DNA from: Candidatus Binataceae bacterium
Lineage (GTDB): Bacteria > Desulfobacterota > Binatia > Binatales > Binataceae
DNA: 64,000 nucleotides
Assembly (NCBI GenBank): GCA_050736695.1
Contig: JBOHWH010000170.1
Span: 1,973-65,972, forward strand
Direction: 5' to 3'
Position 1 is the first letter of the stretch; each line of letters starts with the position of its first letter. A model generated the notes under the pieces. The model worked only from the letters and a program-made list of their open reading frames with translations, was not told where the DNA came from and did no database searches. The position numbers and the translations under genes are program-made. This document shows positions 9,965 to 19,357 of this stretch, one piece after another.

Positions 9965-11308
9965 GTGCGGCGCGGGAGTGATCGCGGTGCACGGACTGGC
10001 CAGATTCTATTGAATGAACGTTCATTTGTCAACCGTTCGGTCGAACGGTCGCGGCTCTGGCGTAATTCGGACTTTCTGAAGCTTTGGACCGGCTCGACTA
10101 TTTCGGTGTTCGGGTCGCTGGTCACGGTTGTCGCGTTGCCGTTTGCCGCGATCCTGACGCTTGGCGCGAGCCCGTTCCAGATGGCGTTGTTGCGCGCGAG
10201 CGACATCGTTCCCGCGTTGATCATGGCGCTGGTCGCGGGGGTCTGGGTCGATCGGCTGAAGCGGCGCCCGATCCTGATCATCACCGACCTCGGGCGCGCG
10301 ATCTTGCTGGCGACGATTCCGGCCGCCGCGTTTGCGCATGTGCTCGGGATGGCGCAGCTCTACGCGGTCACTCTGCTCGCCGCGATCCTCGGAATCTTTT
10401 TCGAGGTTGCGTACCGCTCTTATCTGCCCTCGATCGTCGAGAGAGCCGAGCTGGCCGAAGCGAACAGCAAACTCGGCGCGAGCGCCTCGGTCGCGGAGGT
10501 GGGCGCATTCAGCCTTGCGGGATGGATGGTGCAGGCGCTCAGCGCGCCGATCGCAATCCTGATCGACGCGATCTCGTTCCTGTTCTCGGCGGCCTTTGTC
10601 TGGAGGATCAGGGCGGTCGAGCCGGTCCCGCGCACCGAGGCCTCGCGCGAGAGTATACGGCGCGAAGTGGGCTAGGGCGCGCGCTTTGTGCTGAACGATT
10701 CGATTCTGCGCGCGCTGGTTCCCGCGATCGCTATCAGCACTTTCGGCACCAGCATGTTCGGCACCGAGTACTCGCTCTATGCACTGCGCACACTCGGCTT
10801 CAAACCCGGTGTGCTCGGAGTGATTTTTGCGATCGGCGGAATCGGTTCGCTCATCGGCGCGCTGATGGTCGAACGGATTTCGAATCGCTATGGCGCGGGC
10901 CCGACGATGATCGCCGGCTTGACGCTGTGGGGGGCCGGCGAGCTTTGCGTTCCGATCGCGCGCTCGGCGACTATGCTTGGCGCCGTGCTGATGATCGCGC
11001 AACAACTCAGCGACGGCGCGGCGATGCTTTACTACATCAACCTCACCACGCTTCGGCAGACGATTCCTCCGGACACGATGCTCGGGCGGGTGAATGCGAC
11101 AGTGCGATTTTTGGTGCTGACGTGCCAGCTCGCGGGAACCTTCGCCAGCGGAATTCTGGCCGAGGTCATCGGGCTTCGCGCGACGCTGGCGATCGGTGCG
11201 TCGGCGAATCTTGTCGCGGCAGGATGGCTGGTGATTTCTCCGATCCGGAATCTGGCGGACGTGAGCGGACCTGCCGATGCCAGAGCAACCGCCGCGCCGT
11301 CGCCATGA
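9965..11308 (+). pseudogene. MFS transporter (enterobactin-exporter/EntS-like) interrupted by in-frame TAG at 10673-10675
   Basis: Two 6-frame ORFs (9965-10675, 10688-11308) are in the same frame and together form one ~440-aa 12-TM MFS protein; the stop falls in the conserved cytoplasmic loop (REVG*GARFVLNDSILRAL). True N-terminal start uncertain (probably downstream of 10013). Confidence 0.55.
10013..10049. promoter_or_regulatory. putative TetR operator region: 14-bp perfect palindrome AATGAACGTTCATT (10013-10026) and inverted repeat ACCGTTCG-GT-CGAACGGT (10032-10049)
   Basis: Two dyad-symmetric sites sharing GAACG half-sites in the divergent region between TetR (-) and MFS (+). Confidence 0.4.
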
Positions 11309-11525
11309 ACGATAACATAGGAGGACTCGTGGACTCGTCGCGCGCCCCTACGAATTTCGATCGGAGATTTCTTTCTTCGTAGGTGCGGCTCGAGAGCCGT
11401 CCGTCCCCGCTTTTGATCTCTCATATATTGATAGGAGCCTGGGCCGGGACTGATACCCTGTTTCCGCGCCGCCGTTATCGTCGGTTGCGGGGCTCAGCTA
11501 TGCTTTCCGGTCGGGAACCTCGCCT

Positions 11526-11972
11526 ATGCCCGAAAATCCGCCCAAATTTGTCAGGGAAACCGCAGTCGAGCGATTCTTCAACCAAAGCTTTGGATTTCTG
11601 CTGCGCTTCGGGATTGGCGCGGCGCATAACTATTTGCTTATCACCAAGGGCCGCAAGACCGGGCGTGAGTTCTCGACCCCGGTCAACCTGCTCGAAATGA
11701 ACGGGCGCCGGTACCTGGTCGCGAGCCGCGGCGAAACCGGATGGGTCCGCAATGCGCGCGCTTCGGGCTCGATCGTTTTGAAAAAGGGCGCCAAGCAGTG
11801 GACCTGGAAGGTGCGCGAGCTTGCGATCGACGAACGTCCGCCGGTGATCAAGGAATTCCTCGATCGATTCGCGTCGTCGGTGCAGCGCTTCTACACGATT
11901 CGCGCCGGCTCGCCGGTCGAGGAGTTTCGCGCCGTGGCTCCATCCAATCCCGTCTTCGAGCTCAGCTCCTAG
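11526..11972 (+). CDS. nitroreductase-family deazaflavin(F420)-dependent oxidoreductase (Ddn-like split-barrel)
   Basis: LLITKGRKTGREFSTPVNLLEMNGRRYLVASRGETGWVRNARASG matches PF04075 core (TGRKSG...YLVAS.GG..W..N). Confidence 0.75.
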   Translation: MPENPPKFVRETAVERFFNQSFGFLLRFGIGAAHNYLLITKGRKTGREFSTPVNLLEMNGRRYLVASRGETGWVRNARASGSIVLKKGAKQWTWKVRELAIDERPPVIKEFLDRFASSVQRFYTIRAGSPVEEFRAVAPSNPVFELSS

Positions 11973-11993
11973 CGCCTTGCGCGGGATCGCCAG

Positions 11994-13346
11994 ATGACTA
12001 TCCCGACCGAGTCCGGCTTGCCGCTCTTTGCCGAGCCGCTACCGGGCGAGTCATCGACAGGCGAGCCGCTTCCGGCATTTTACGATACCGCCGAGAATCG
12101 CGGGCGCGTGCGCTCGACCGTGTGGATCCTGATCGCGATGCTGGTTTATCAGGGTTACGCGGGCTCGATCGTCGTGGTTGCGTCGCCGTGGATCGCGAAG
12201 AGCTTTGCGCTCGGCGAGTCGGCGCTGGCGCGCGTGTTCGCGTTCCTTGCGCTCGCGGCGCTCGGCTCGCTCATCCTGTCGCGGATGGTCGATAAGACGG
12301 GACGGCGGCGGGTGCTGATCTGGTCGGCGATAGCGATTCCGCTTGCGGCGCTGGGCGCGGCGGCCGCCACGAAGCTTGTGACATTCATCGCCTGCGCGAT
12401 CGTGATGAACGCATTTCTGGGCGCGGCCGCCGCTTCCTCGATCGTGATCCTGGCCGAAGTGATGCCGATCGCGCGCCGCGCCGAGGGTCAGAGCTGGGCG
12501 GGAATCGCGGGCGCCGCGGGCAGCGGGCTCAGCGTCTTCCTGATCCCGATCATCATCTCGCTTGGGGTCTCGTGGCGATGGCTCCTGGTGATCGCGGGCG
12601 CGGGAATCGCCCTAGCGCCGATGGTTGCGCGAATCAAGGAAAGCGACCGGTGGACTGCCGTCGCGATCGAAGGCGGCGCGGAGCGCACGCACTTCTATGA
12701 TGTTTTCGTGCCGCTCTATCGCAAGCGCTCGGTCACGCTGATCATCTGCACAATGCTCGCGGCCATATCGGGCGAGGGAGTGAACGCGTGGTCATACTTC
12801 CACGCTGTTTCGACGGTGGGCCTGTCGCCGGCGATCGCGAGCACGCTCACTATCGTCAGCGGAGGCGTGGGCATGTTCGGATTTCCGCTGGGCGCGTGGG
12901 CGGCGGAACGCTTCGGGCGCGTGCCGACGATAGTGTTATCCGGACTGGCGGTCTCGACGCTCGCGCTGGGTTACTTCTGGGGGCCGCCAGCGCATTTCGC
13001 GCATCCCGCGTTGTGGCTCGGATTCGCGTATCTGATCCTCAACACCTGCGCGAACGCGTTGACTGTCGCCTCGAACTCCGCAGTCACCGAGCTTTTTCCG
13101 ACTGAATTGCGCGGCACGATTATCGGATGGTTTGCGCTGGTGGGCGCTGGCGGAGCGCTGGGCGCCGAGGCGACGATCTCGATCCTCGCGCGGCGGCTCG
13201 GCGGAATCGCGGGCGTGACCGGATGGCTGAGCCTGCTCGGAGTTCCGTCGGCGATCGCATTCGGCCTGCTGATCGACGAGACGCGCGGCCTCCCGCTAGA
13301 GGCCGCCGCCAGGGAAGAAGAATTCCGCACCGGCGATCCCGGCTAG
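11994..13346 (+). CDS. MFS transporter
   Basis: 450 aa, 12 predicted TM helices, MVDKTGRRRVLIW (MFS loop 2-3 motif). Confidence 0.8.
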   Translation: MTIPTESGLPLFAEPLPGESSTGEPLPAFYDTAENRGRVRSTVWILIAMLVYQGYAGSIVVVASPWIAKSFALGESALARVFAFLALAALGSLILSRMVDKTGRRRVLIWSAIAIPLAALGAAAATKLVTFIACAIVMNAFLGAAAASSIVILAEVMPIARRAEGQSWAGIAGAAGSGLSVFLIPIIISLGVSWRWLLVIAGAGIALAPMVARIKESDRWTAVAIEGGAERTHFYDVFVPLYRKRSVTLIICTMLAAISGEGVNAWSYFHAVSTVGLSPAIASTLTIVSGGVGMFGFPLGAWAAERFGRVPTIVLSGLAVSTLALGYFWGPPAHFAHPALWLGFAYLILNTCANALTVASNSAVTELFPTELRGTIIGWFALVGAGGALGAEATISILARRLGGIAGVTGWLSLLGVPSAIAFGLLIDETRGLPLEAAAREEEFRTGDPG

Positions 13347-13549
13347 TCTCCGCGCGCTTTTGAGATGCCCTCGCCGATCAGGAGAGGGTGCGCCGAAGGC
13401 GCGGGTGAGGGTTCCGCTCTTACTCCTCGATTACCGCCAGAATCTGCACGACCACACAGTCCGTCTCGCGCGGCGCGACTTCATTCCAGGGGAGCACCGG
13501 CTTATGCGGAGGCGTGCATATCAATTGGAATAGACGCAGAGCGGAACCC

Positions 13550-14047
13550 TCATCCGCGTGTCACTAGGCTTACAACCTCGAGCTCGGTCTCGGCGAATTC
13601 CTTGTTGGCTTCGTCCCACACGAATGCGGCGGCGCGTACGAACTTCCCCGCCCGGATCGACATCACAAGGTATGCCGTGTCCGGATAGTCTGGTTCCGAT
13701 GGATCGAACGAGCAGGCGGCCGCGCGATCGGTCGCGGAGAAATAGGCGCCGTGATCGGGATGCGAGTGATAAACGATCCGGAGCGCGAGTTTGCGGCGAT
13801 CGACCTCGTTCATCACCGCCAGATGCTCCTTCGGCTCCATCAGGAACGCGGTTCGCGCGTCGCGCGAAAACGCGGCGGGATCCTCGGCGTGCTTGCGATT
13901 CTGGATATTGGTGATCGGGCGAACTTCCTCTACCGAATCGCCGGCGGCGCTTCCAATAATAAAGCCGCAGCATTCGTTTGGAAATTCGCGCTCACCCTGT
14001 GCGACTATCGCATCGATACTTGCGCGCGTGATTGTAGCTCGCTTCAC
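13550..14047 (-). CDS. JAMM/MPN+ family zinc metalloprotease (Mov34-like)
   Basis: ECCGFIIG ... HSHPDHGAYFSATD (E-x(n)-HxH-x7-S-x2-D JAMM motif). Confidence 0.75.
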   Translation of the reverse strand: MKRATITRASIDAIVAQGEREFPNECCGFIIGSAAGDSVEEVRPITNIQNRKHAEDPAAFSRDARTAFLMEPKEHLAVMNEVDRRKLALRIVYHSHPDHGAYFSATDRAAACSFDPSEPDYPDTAYLVMSIRAGKFVRAAAFVWDEANKEFAETELEVVSLVTRG

Positions 14048-15051
14048 GTTTCCTCCGTGCGGGAATTTTCCGCGGCCATAGCCGCCGCACGCCGCCGCTC
14101 CGCGCCATGAATCATTCGGACCATCGTGGCGTTGATCGGCGCGTCGATTCCGTGACGCGCGCCGAGCTCGACGATCTTGCCGTTGAGTGCGTCGATATCG
14201 GTGCGCGCGCGGCGGTCCAAATCCGAGAGCATCGTGGGACGATGGCTGGCGGTCGCGGGAATCAGGCGGCCGTAGAAAACCTCGCGATAAGCACGGGCGT
14301 CGGAAAACGGCATCCGCACCTCCGCGCGCGCCGCAACCTCGAACGCCTCTTCGATCAGGTCATCCATAATCGCGCGCAGATCGGTGTCGGCCGCGAGCGC
14401 TCCGTAACTCGTCTCGAACAGGGCGCCGAGCGGGTTCAGCGCTGCGTTGTACACGAGCTTGGTCCAGATAATCGGCATGATATCGGCGTAGCCGAGAGCA
14501 GGCACGCCCGCCGCGCCGAGTGTCGCGGCGATTTCATGGGCGCGCGTCTCGAGCGCGGCCGCCAGCTCGCGATGCTGTTTGGGATCGGGGCCGATCGCGA
14601 CCGGATCGGCGAAGACGGTCACGTGCGCGGCGCCGGGATGCGGAATTTCCGCGCCGAAAATTACCCGTGCGCCGAGCACCCGTGAAATCGAAAAGCGTTC
14701 GGCCAGCGCCTCGATATTTCCAAGCCCGTTCTGCATCGAGACGATGATTCCGTCGCGGTCCAGCCGATCGGAAATCGCATCGGCGATCGACGCGGTATCA
14801 TACGGCTTGACCGTGCACAAAATCAGATCGTAGCGACCGCCGAGCTCCGCAGGATCGGCGGCTAGCGTCAGGCCTCGCACGCGCGACTCGCCCAGGAGTC
14901 CGGTCACATGCAATCCGTCGCGTGCGATCGCGGCGAGATGAGCAGGCCGCCCGAGCATCGTCACCCGATGACCGGCCTGATGCAGATGCGCGCCAACCAC
15001 CGAGCCGATCGCGCCCGCACCCGCGATAAGAATTCGCTGAGCCGCCATCAT
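14044..15051 (-). CDS. 2-dehydropantoate 2-reductase family protein (PanE/ApbA-like)
   Basis: RILIAGAGAIGS Rossmann N-term; KLVYNAALNPLGAL and SMLSDLDRRARTDIDALNG match ApbA_C motifs; 4-nt overlap with JAMM gene. Confidence 0.7.
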   Translation of the reverse strand: MMAAQRILIAGAGAIGSVVGAHLHQAGHRVTMLGRPAHLAAIARDGLHVTGLLGESRVRGLTLAADPAELGGRYDLILCTVKPYDTASIADAISDRLDRDGIIVSMQNGLGNIEALAERFSISRVLGARVIFGAEIPHPGAAHVTVFADPVAIGPDPKQHRELAAALETRAHEIAATLGAAGVPALGYADIMPIIWTKLVYNAALNPLGALFETSYGALAADTDLRAIMDDLIEEAFEVAARAEVRMPFSDARAYREVFYGRLIPATASHRPTMLSDLDRRARTDIDALNGKIVELGARHGIDAPINATMVRMIHGAERRRAAAMAAENSRTEET

Positions 15052-15315
15052 GGAGAAAGTACGATCGAAACGCAGTCCAAACAATCCACGGGATTTCACC
15101 TCGTCGCCGTCATTTCGCCCGCGGGGAGAAATCCCGGGCGCAGGGCTGCTGCAGGTCGCGTCGGCGCCGAGCATGGGCGGCCTCGGGATTTCTCGCCCAG
15201 AGCTCGAAATGACGGCACGGACAAGGAACTCTGATCCGAAAATTCTGAATCTGTGAAGCCCGTGTGATCGGTGGATTGTTTGACGCTTGCGCTTTCAAGC
15301 GGCTACATAGCGAGC

Positions 15316-16161
15316 ATGGAACGGACTTCGATAAGGCTTGGCGGCGTCGAGCTTTCGAGCTCGATCATGAATGCCTCGGGTCCGCGATCTGCCGAGCGCG
15401 GCGAAATCTACGAGCTCGCGGCGGTGCATCGCGGCGCGATCGTTTTCAAGTCGTGCAATCTCGCGGGCCTCGCGACGCCCGACAATCTCAAGAACGCCGG
15501 GGTCGAGCACTTCGCGGCGATCGCGGGCGAGCTTGCCCCGCGAGGCAAAAAGATCATCGCCAGTATCGTCGGCGCCAGCGAGGAGGAATTTATCGCGGTT
15601 GCGAGGCGGCTGGATCGCGCGGGCGCTGTAATCCTCGAGCTTAATCTCGCCGACGACTATGTGCTTAAGGCGCTTGCGCCGTTTGGATCGCTCGAGCGCG
15701 CCAAGGCGCTGATCGGGCGCGTGCGCGGCGAGGTCGCAGGCGTGCTCGCGGTAAAGCTTCCGCCGGCGACCGGATTGTCGGCGCGCGCGATTGCGGACTT
15801 GCTGAAATCGATGCGCGTCGCGATCGCGGTATGCCAGAACAATCTGCCCAAGGACCTGGAGGTCGATATCACAACCGCAATCGCGAAAGGTCCGGAGTGC
15901 GCGCTCTCGCATGCGCATGCGATTTTCCGCGAGAGCGAGGGGCTGCTCGATGTCGTTGCCGTCGGTGGAATCAACACGGGCCGCGACGCATATATCGCGC
16001 ATCTGGGCGGGGCGAAGGCGGTGCAGGTCGGTTCCGCGCTGATCAAAGAAGGCGCCGGCGCGCTCGGGCGGATCGATCGCGAGCTCGACGCGCTACTCGA
16101 GCAGCAGGGCAAGAGCACGGTCGGCGAGATCGTCGGCAAGCTTAGATTTGAGCCCGCATGA
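15316..16161 (+). CDS. dihydroorotate dehydrogenase-family TIM-barrel protein (PyrD-like)
   Basis: IMNASGP motif and GG-rich FMN barrel strands (VVAVGGINTG); family assignment tentative. Confidence 0.55.
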   Translation: MERTSIRLGGVELSSSIMNASGPRSAERGEIYELAAVHRGAIVFKSCNLAGLATPDNLKNAGVEHFAAIAGELAPRGKKIIASIVGASEEEFIAVARRLDRAGAVILELNLADDYVLKALAPFGSLERAKALIGRVRGEVAGVLAVKLPPATGLSARAIADLLKSMRVAIAVCQNNLPKDLEVDITTAIAKGPECALSHAHAIFRESEGLLDVVAVGGINTGRDAYIAHLGGAKAVQVGSALIKEGAGALGRIDRELDALLEQQGKSTVGEIVGKLRFEPA

Positions 16162-16257
16162 TAATACGGCTGCGTGAAGTGTTGCTCCGATTCCGGCGGC
16201 GATGGTACGGTGGTCGGTCTGAACGCGCGCTTCGCGCGCGTTTGTCTTTATGGCGCC

Positions 16258-16335
16258 GTCCCCGTCGTCTAGCTCGGCCTAGGACACCGGCCTTTCACGT
16301 CGGTAACACGGGTTCAAATCCCGTCGGGGACGCCA
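16258..16335 (+). tRNA. tRNA-Glu (anticodon UUC), CCA encoded
   Basis: GTCCCCGTCGTCTAGC...ACCGGCCTTTCACGTCGGT...GGGTTCAAATCCCGTCGGGGACGCCA; near-identical architecture to E. coli tRNA-Glu; anticodon loop CTTTCAC. Confidence 0.85.
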
Positions 16336-16582
16336 AGAGAGGCAGAGATTCTAACCGCGTTCTTATCTGGGACGAGCTATGGGAAGCACTTGTGCCGCTT
16401 TTTGCCGGTGTAAAGGCGGCCAAAATCCGCGCGCGCCGAGGCGCCGAGAAATAGCGCAAAAAAATCGATGGACGTGATTTAGAGAGGGAGTATTCTTGAA
16501 TTGTTCGCGTGACCGAATTGAATATGGTGTTCGTGTTGACGCGATGGACGCGCCGGCAATTTAGCGAACGAAGGAGAGAGTA

Positions 16583-16657
16583 ATGCCACAGCCTAACGAC
16601 AAATGTCCGTGCGGATCTGGAAAGCTCTACAAGGATTGTTGCGGCAAGCCGAAGTAG
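16583..16657 (+). CDS. 24-aa stand-alone SEC-C motif (SecA C-terminal zinc finger-like) peptide MPQPNDKCPCGSGKLYKDCCGKPK
   Basis: Perfect SD AAGGAGAG 5 nt before ATG; CPCGSGKxYKxCC is the SEC-C metal-binding motif; below ORF-track length cutoff. Confidence 0.45.
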   Translation: MPQPNDKCPCGSGKLYKDCCGKPK

Positions 16658-16908
16658 ACGTTCCCGATCTCGGATTTTGAGGGACCTCAACCTCAACGAT
16701 CATGGCTTGAGGTGAGCTCGGAATATCCGGGCTCACCTTCTCATAGTGGCGCATAATCTTCCCGGCCGTTTTTCATTGTCGCTTTGCACTTTCGTGCATT
16801 TCCGAAGCGGCGCCTTTGACTAACCGCATGCGCGTGGCATATTGAGCGGTCCGGTCAGTCCTGAATCCGGGTTACGCCGAACCGATAAAAAACCGAGGAA
16901 AAAACCTG

Positions 16909-17481
16909 ATGCCGCGAATTCCATTAGTCGAGCCCGAAAGCGCGCCACAAGAAATCAAAGACCTCTACGCGAAGTTTCCCGGCGGCGACGGGCAGCTCTT
17001 GAATGTAGTCAAGATGTTCGGGAACAATCGAAACTTCCTCGAAGGATTTTTGCACATCCTGAACGGTCTCTACTCAAATGCGAAACTTCCGGCGCGATAC
17101 CGCGAGCTCGCCTACCTTCGGGCCTCGCAGCTCAACTCGTGTCACTATTGAATTCCCACCCACGTGATGCTCGGTCGGAGCATCGGATTTACTCCCGAAC
17201 AAATTGCCGCGATGCCGCAGGCGGACGTCAGCCCGCTGTTCGACGAAACCGATCGCATGGTGCTGAAATACTCGGAGGTCCTGACTCGCGAAAATCGGGT
17301 GGATGACGACCTCTTCAACCGGCTGGCCGCGCGTTTCTCTCGCGAGGAGCTGGTCGAGCTCTGCTTCACGGTTGGGATGGCGGCGCTGGTGAATCGGGTT
17401 CACGCGACGTTTCGGACCGATCTCGACGCTTCCACCCGCGACATCGTCGGCGACGCGCCGTACTGTCCGATCGGGCGCTGA
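16909..17481 (+). CDS. AhpD-like / carboxymuconolactone-decarboxylase-family putative selenoprotein (in-frame UGA at 17149-17151 read as Sec; motif CHYU-IPTH)
   Basis: ORFs 16909-17151 and 17164-17481 are in the same frame; TGA sits exactly where the second Cys of the AhpD catalytic C-x-x-C-x-x-x-H motif is expected; hairpin 14 nt downstream. Confidence 0.7.
17166..17184 (+). promoter_or_regulatory. putative bacterial SECIS-like hairpin GATGCTC-GGTCG-GAGCATC
   Basis: 7-bp perfect stem, 5-nt loop, begins 14 nt after the in-frame UGA. Confidence 0.5.
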
Positions 17482-17568
17482 GACCCGGCGCCGATTCGGT
17501 AAAGTATTCCAATAGCCGGCCGCATCTGCTCTGATACCCCCGCTCTAGAAAGTAGGCGCGAGCCTGAA

Positions 17569-18987
17569 ATGACCGAGATTGTAATTGTAGGAGGCGGACC
17601 CGCGGGATTAGCAGCCGCGCACGAGGCCGCGGCTCATGGCGCATCATCAGTCGTGCTCGAGCGGCTTGAACGCGTCGGCGGTCTTGCGCGGACGGTCGAG
17701 CGCGCGGGCAGCCGGTGGGATATAGGGCCGCATCGCTTTTTCACCCGCAATCAGGAAATCCGGGACCTGTTCGCAGGGATTCTTGCTGCCGATGCGATCA
17801 GGGTGCCGCGGATGACGCGGATCCTGTATGGCAATAGCTATTTCAATTATCCATTGACGCCGGTTAATGCGATGGCGGGAGTCGGCGTACTATCCGGCGC
17901 GTCGATCCTGTCCAGCTATATGCAGGCACGGTTGCGGCGGTTCGCGGGCAGAGTTACTATCGATACGTTTGAAGATTGGACCGTGGACAAATTCGGCCGG
18001 CGCCTGTTCGAGATCTTCTTCAAAACCTACACCGAGAAAGTCTGGGGAATCCCATGCGCCCAAATCGGCGCGGAGTGGGCCTCGCAGCGGATCAAGGGCT
18101 TGAGCCTTGGGTCGGCAATCGGCAACGCAATCTTCAAGTCGCGCAATAACCAGGTCAAGAGCCTGATCGATGAATTCATGTATCCGCGCCTGGGAACAGG
18201 GCAGCTCTACGAAAAGTTGGCGGCCGGGATCCGCGATGCGGGCAGCCGCGTATCAACCGGAGTGTCGGTACAGGCGATACAGCGTGAGGGATTTCGCGTT
18301 CGCTGCGTGATCGCGGCTAGCGACACCGGCGCGGACGAGGAAATCGCAGGCCGATTCTTTCTTTCGAGCGCGCCGCTTACCGGATTGGTCGCGATGATGC
18401 AGCCTGCCCCGCCGGCAGCGGTGCTCGACGCGTGCCGCCGGCTACGCTATCGCAATCATATCGGGGTAAATCTGCTGGTGAACGGAAATCCATTTCCCGA
18501 CAACTGGATATATGTACATTCCAAAGACGTGGCGATGGCGCGGATTAGTAACTATTCCAATTTCTCGAAAGATATGACTGGCCGCAAGGGCTTCTCGCCG
18601 TTGACGGTCGAGTATTTTGCTTTTCCCGGCGATAGCACCTGGACGGCGTCCGACGCCGATCTGATCGAGCGCGCGACTTACGAGCTCGGAGTCAAGGGAA
18701 TTGTCCGGCGTGGCGATATCGCCGACGCATTTGTGGTTCGTAACGAAAATGCATATCCAGTTATCGAGCTGGGGTGCGGCGACCAGGTCAATATAATCAA
18801 GGCATGGCTCGACCGCTTCGAGAACCTGCTGCCGATCGGGCGCTCGGGGATGTTCAAATACAATAATCAGGATCATGCTATGGCGACCGGGATGCTTGCG
18901 GCGCGTACCGCGCTGGGAATCCGGCGCTACGATCCCTGGCTGGTGAATATCGAGGCCGAATACCACGAAGGCAGTCCCGCCGCGTGA
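17569..18987 (+). CDS. FAD-dependent oxidoreductase (amine-oxidase/protoporphyrinogen-oxidase-like Rossmann family)
   Basis: IVIVGGGPAGLAAAHEAA dinucleotide-binding motif at N-terminus, 472 aa. Confidence 0.75.
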   Translation: MTEIVIVGGGPAGLAAAHEAAAHGASSVVLERLERVGGLARTVERAGSRWDIGPHRFFTRNQEIRDLFAGILAADAIRVPRMTRILYGNSYFNYPLTPVNAMAGVGVLSGASILSSYMQARLRRFAGRVTIDTFEDWTVDKFGRRLFEIFFKTYTEKVWGIPCAQIGAEWASQRIKGLSLGSAIGNAIFKSRNNQVKSLIDEFMYPRLGTGQLYEKLAAGIRDAGSRVSTGVSVQAIQREGFRVRCVIAASDTGADEEIAGRFFLSSAPLTGLVAMMQPAPPAAVLDACRRLRYRNHIGVNLLVNGNPFPDNWIYVHSKDVAMARISNYSNFSKDMTGRKGFSPLTVEYFAFPGDSTWTASDADLIERATYELGVKGIVRRGDIADAFVVRNENAYPVIELGCGDQVNIIKAWLDRFENLLPIGRSGMFKYNNQDHAMATGMLAARTALGIRRYDPWLVNIEAEYHEGSPAA

Positions 18988-19357
18988 TCGGAGAGCTACT
19001 GGCGGTTGGTTATTATCTTTGCCGTCGGGGCGAATGCGCGCGGCACCGCGGGCGCGTCTATGGACTGGTCGCGGCGCTGTGGGATCAAGCCAGCGTGCTG
19101 GCCGACGTGATCACCGGAGCAAATCCGGACGCCGCCTACGAAGGATCGAAGCTCGCCACCAAGCTCAAGCTGTCCGCTGCATGGCTACAAAGTTCTCGCT
19201 CGCCGGCGGCGGTGGCCTCGACAGCGAACTCACCGTCGTCAGTTATCCCGCGGAAGTGCGCGACGGAAATTTCTGCGTGAGAATTCCGCAATGATTTGCA
19301 TCGCTGGCCCCGAGTCATGCGCACAAAGCGCTCGGCGGGGAAGACGATCGTTATCGG

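Noticed and set aside
10022-11382. 327-aa minus-strand and 432-aa plus-strand ORFs overlapping the MFS gene
   Set aside because: Low-complexity R/D/G-rich products in alternative frames of a clear 12-TM transporter gene; no motifs.
16340-16560. Possible sigma-70 promoter TTGAAT-N17-TGAATA upstream of SEC-C peptide gene
   Set aside because: -10 element too weak to call from sequence alone.
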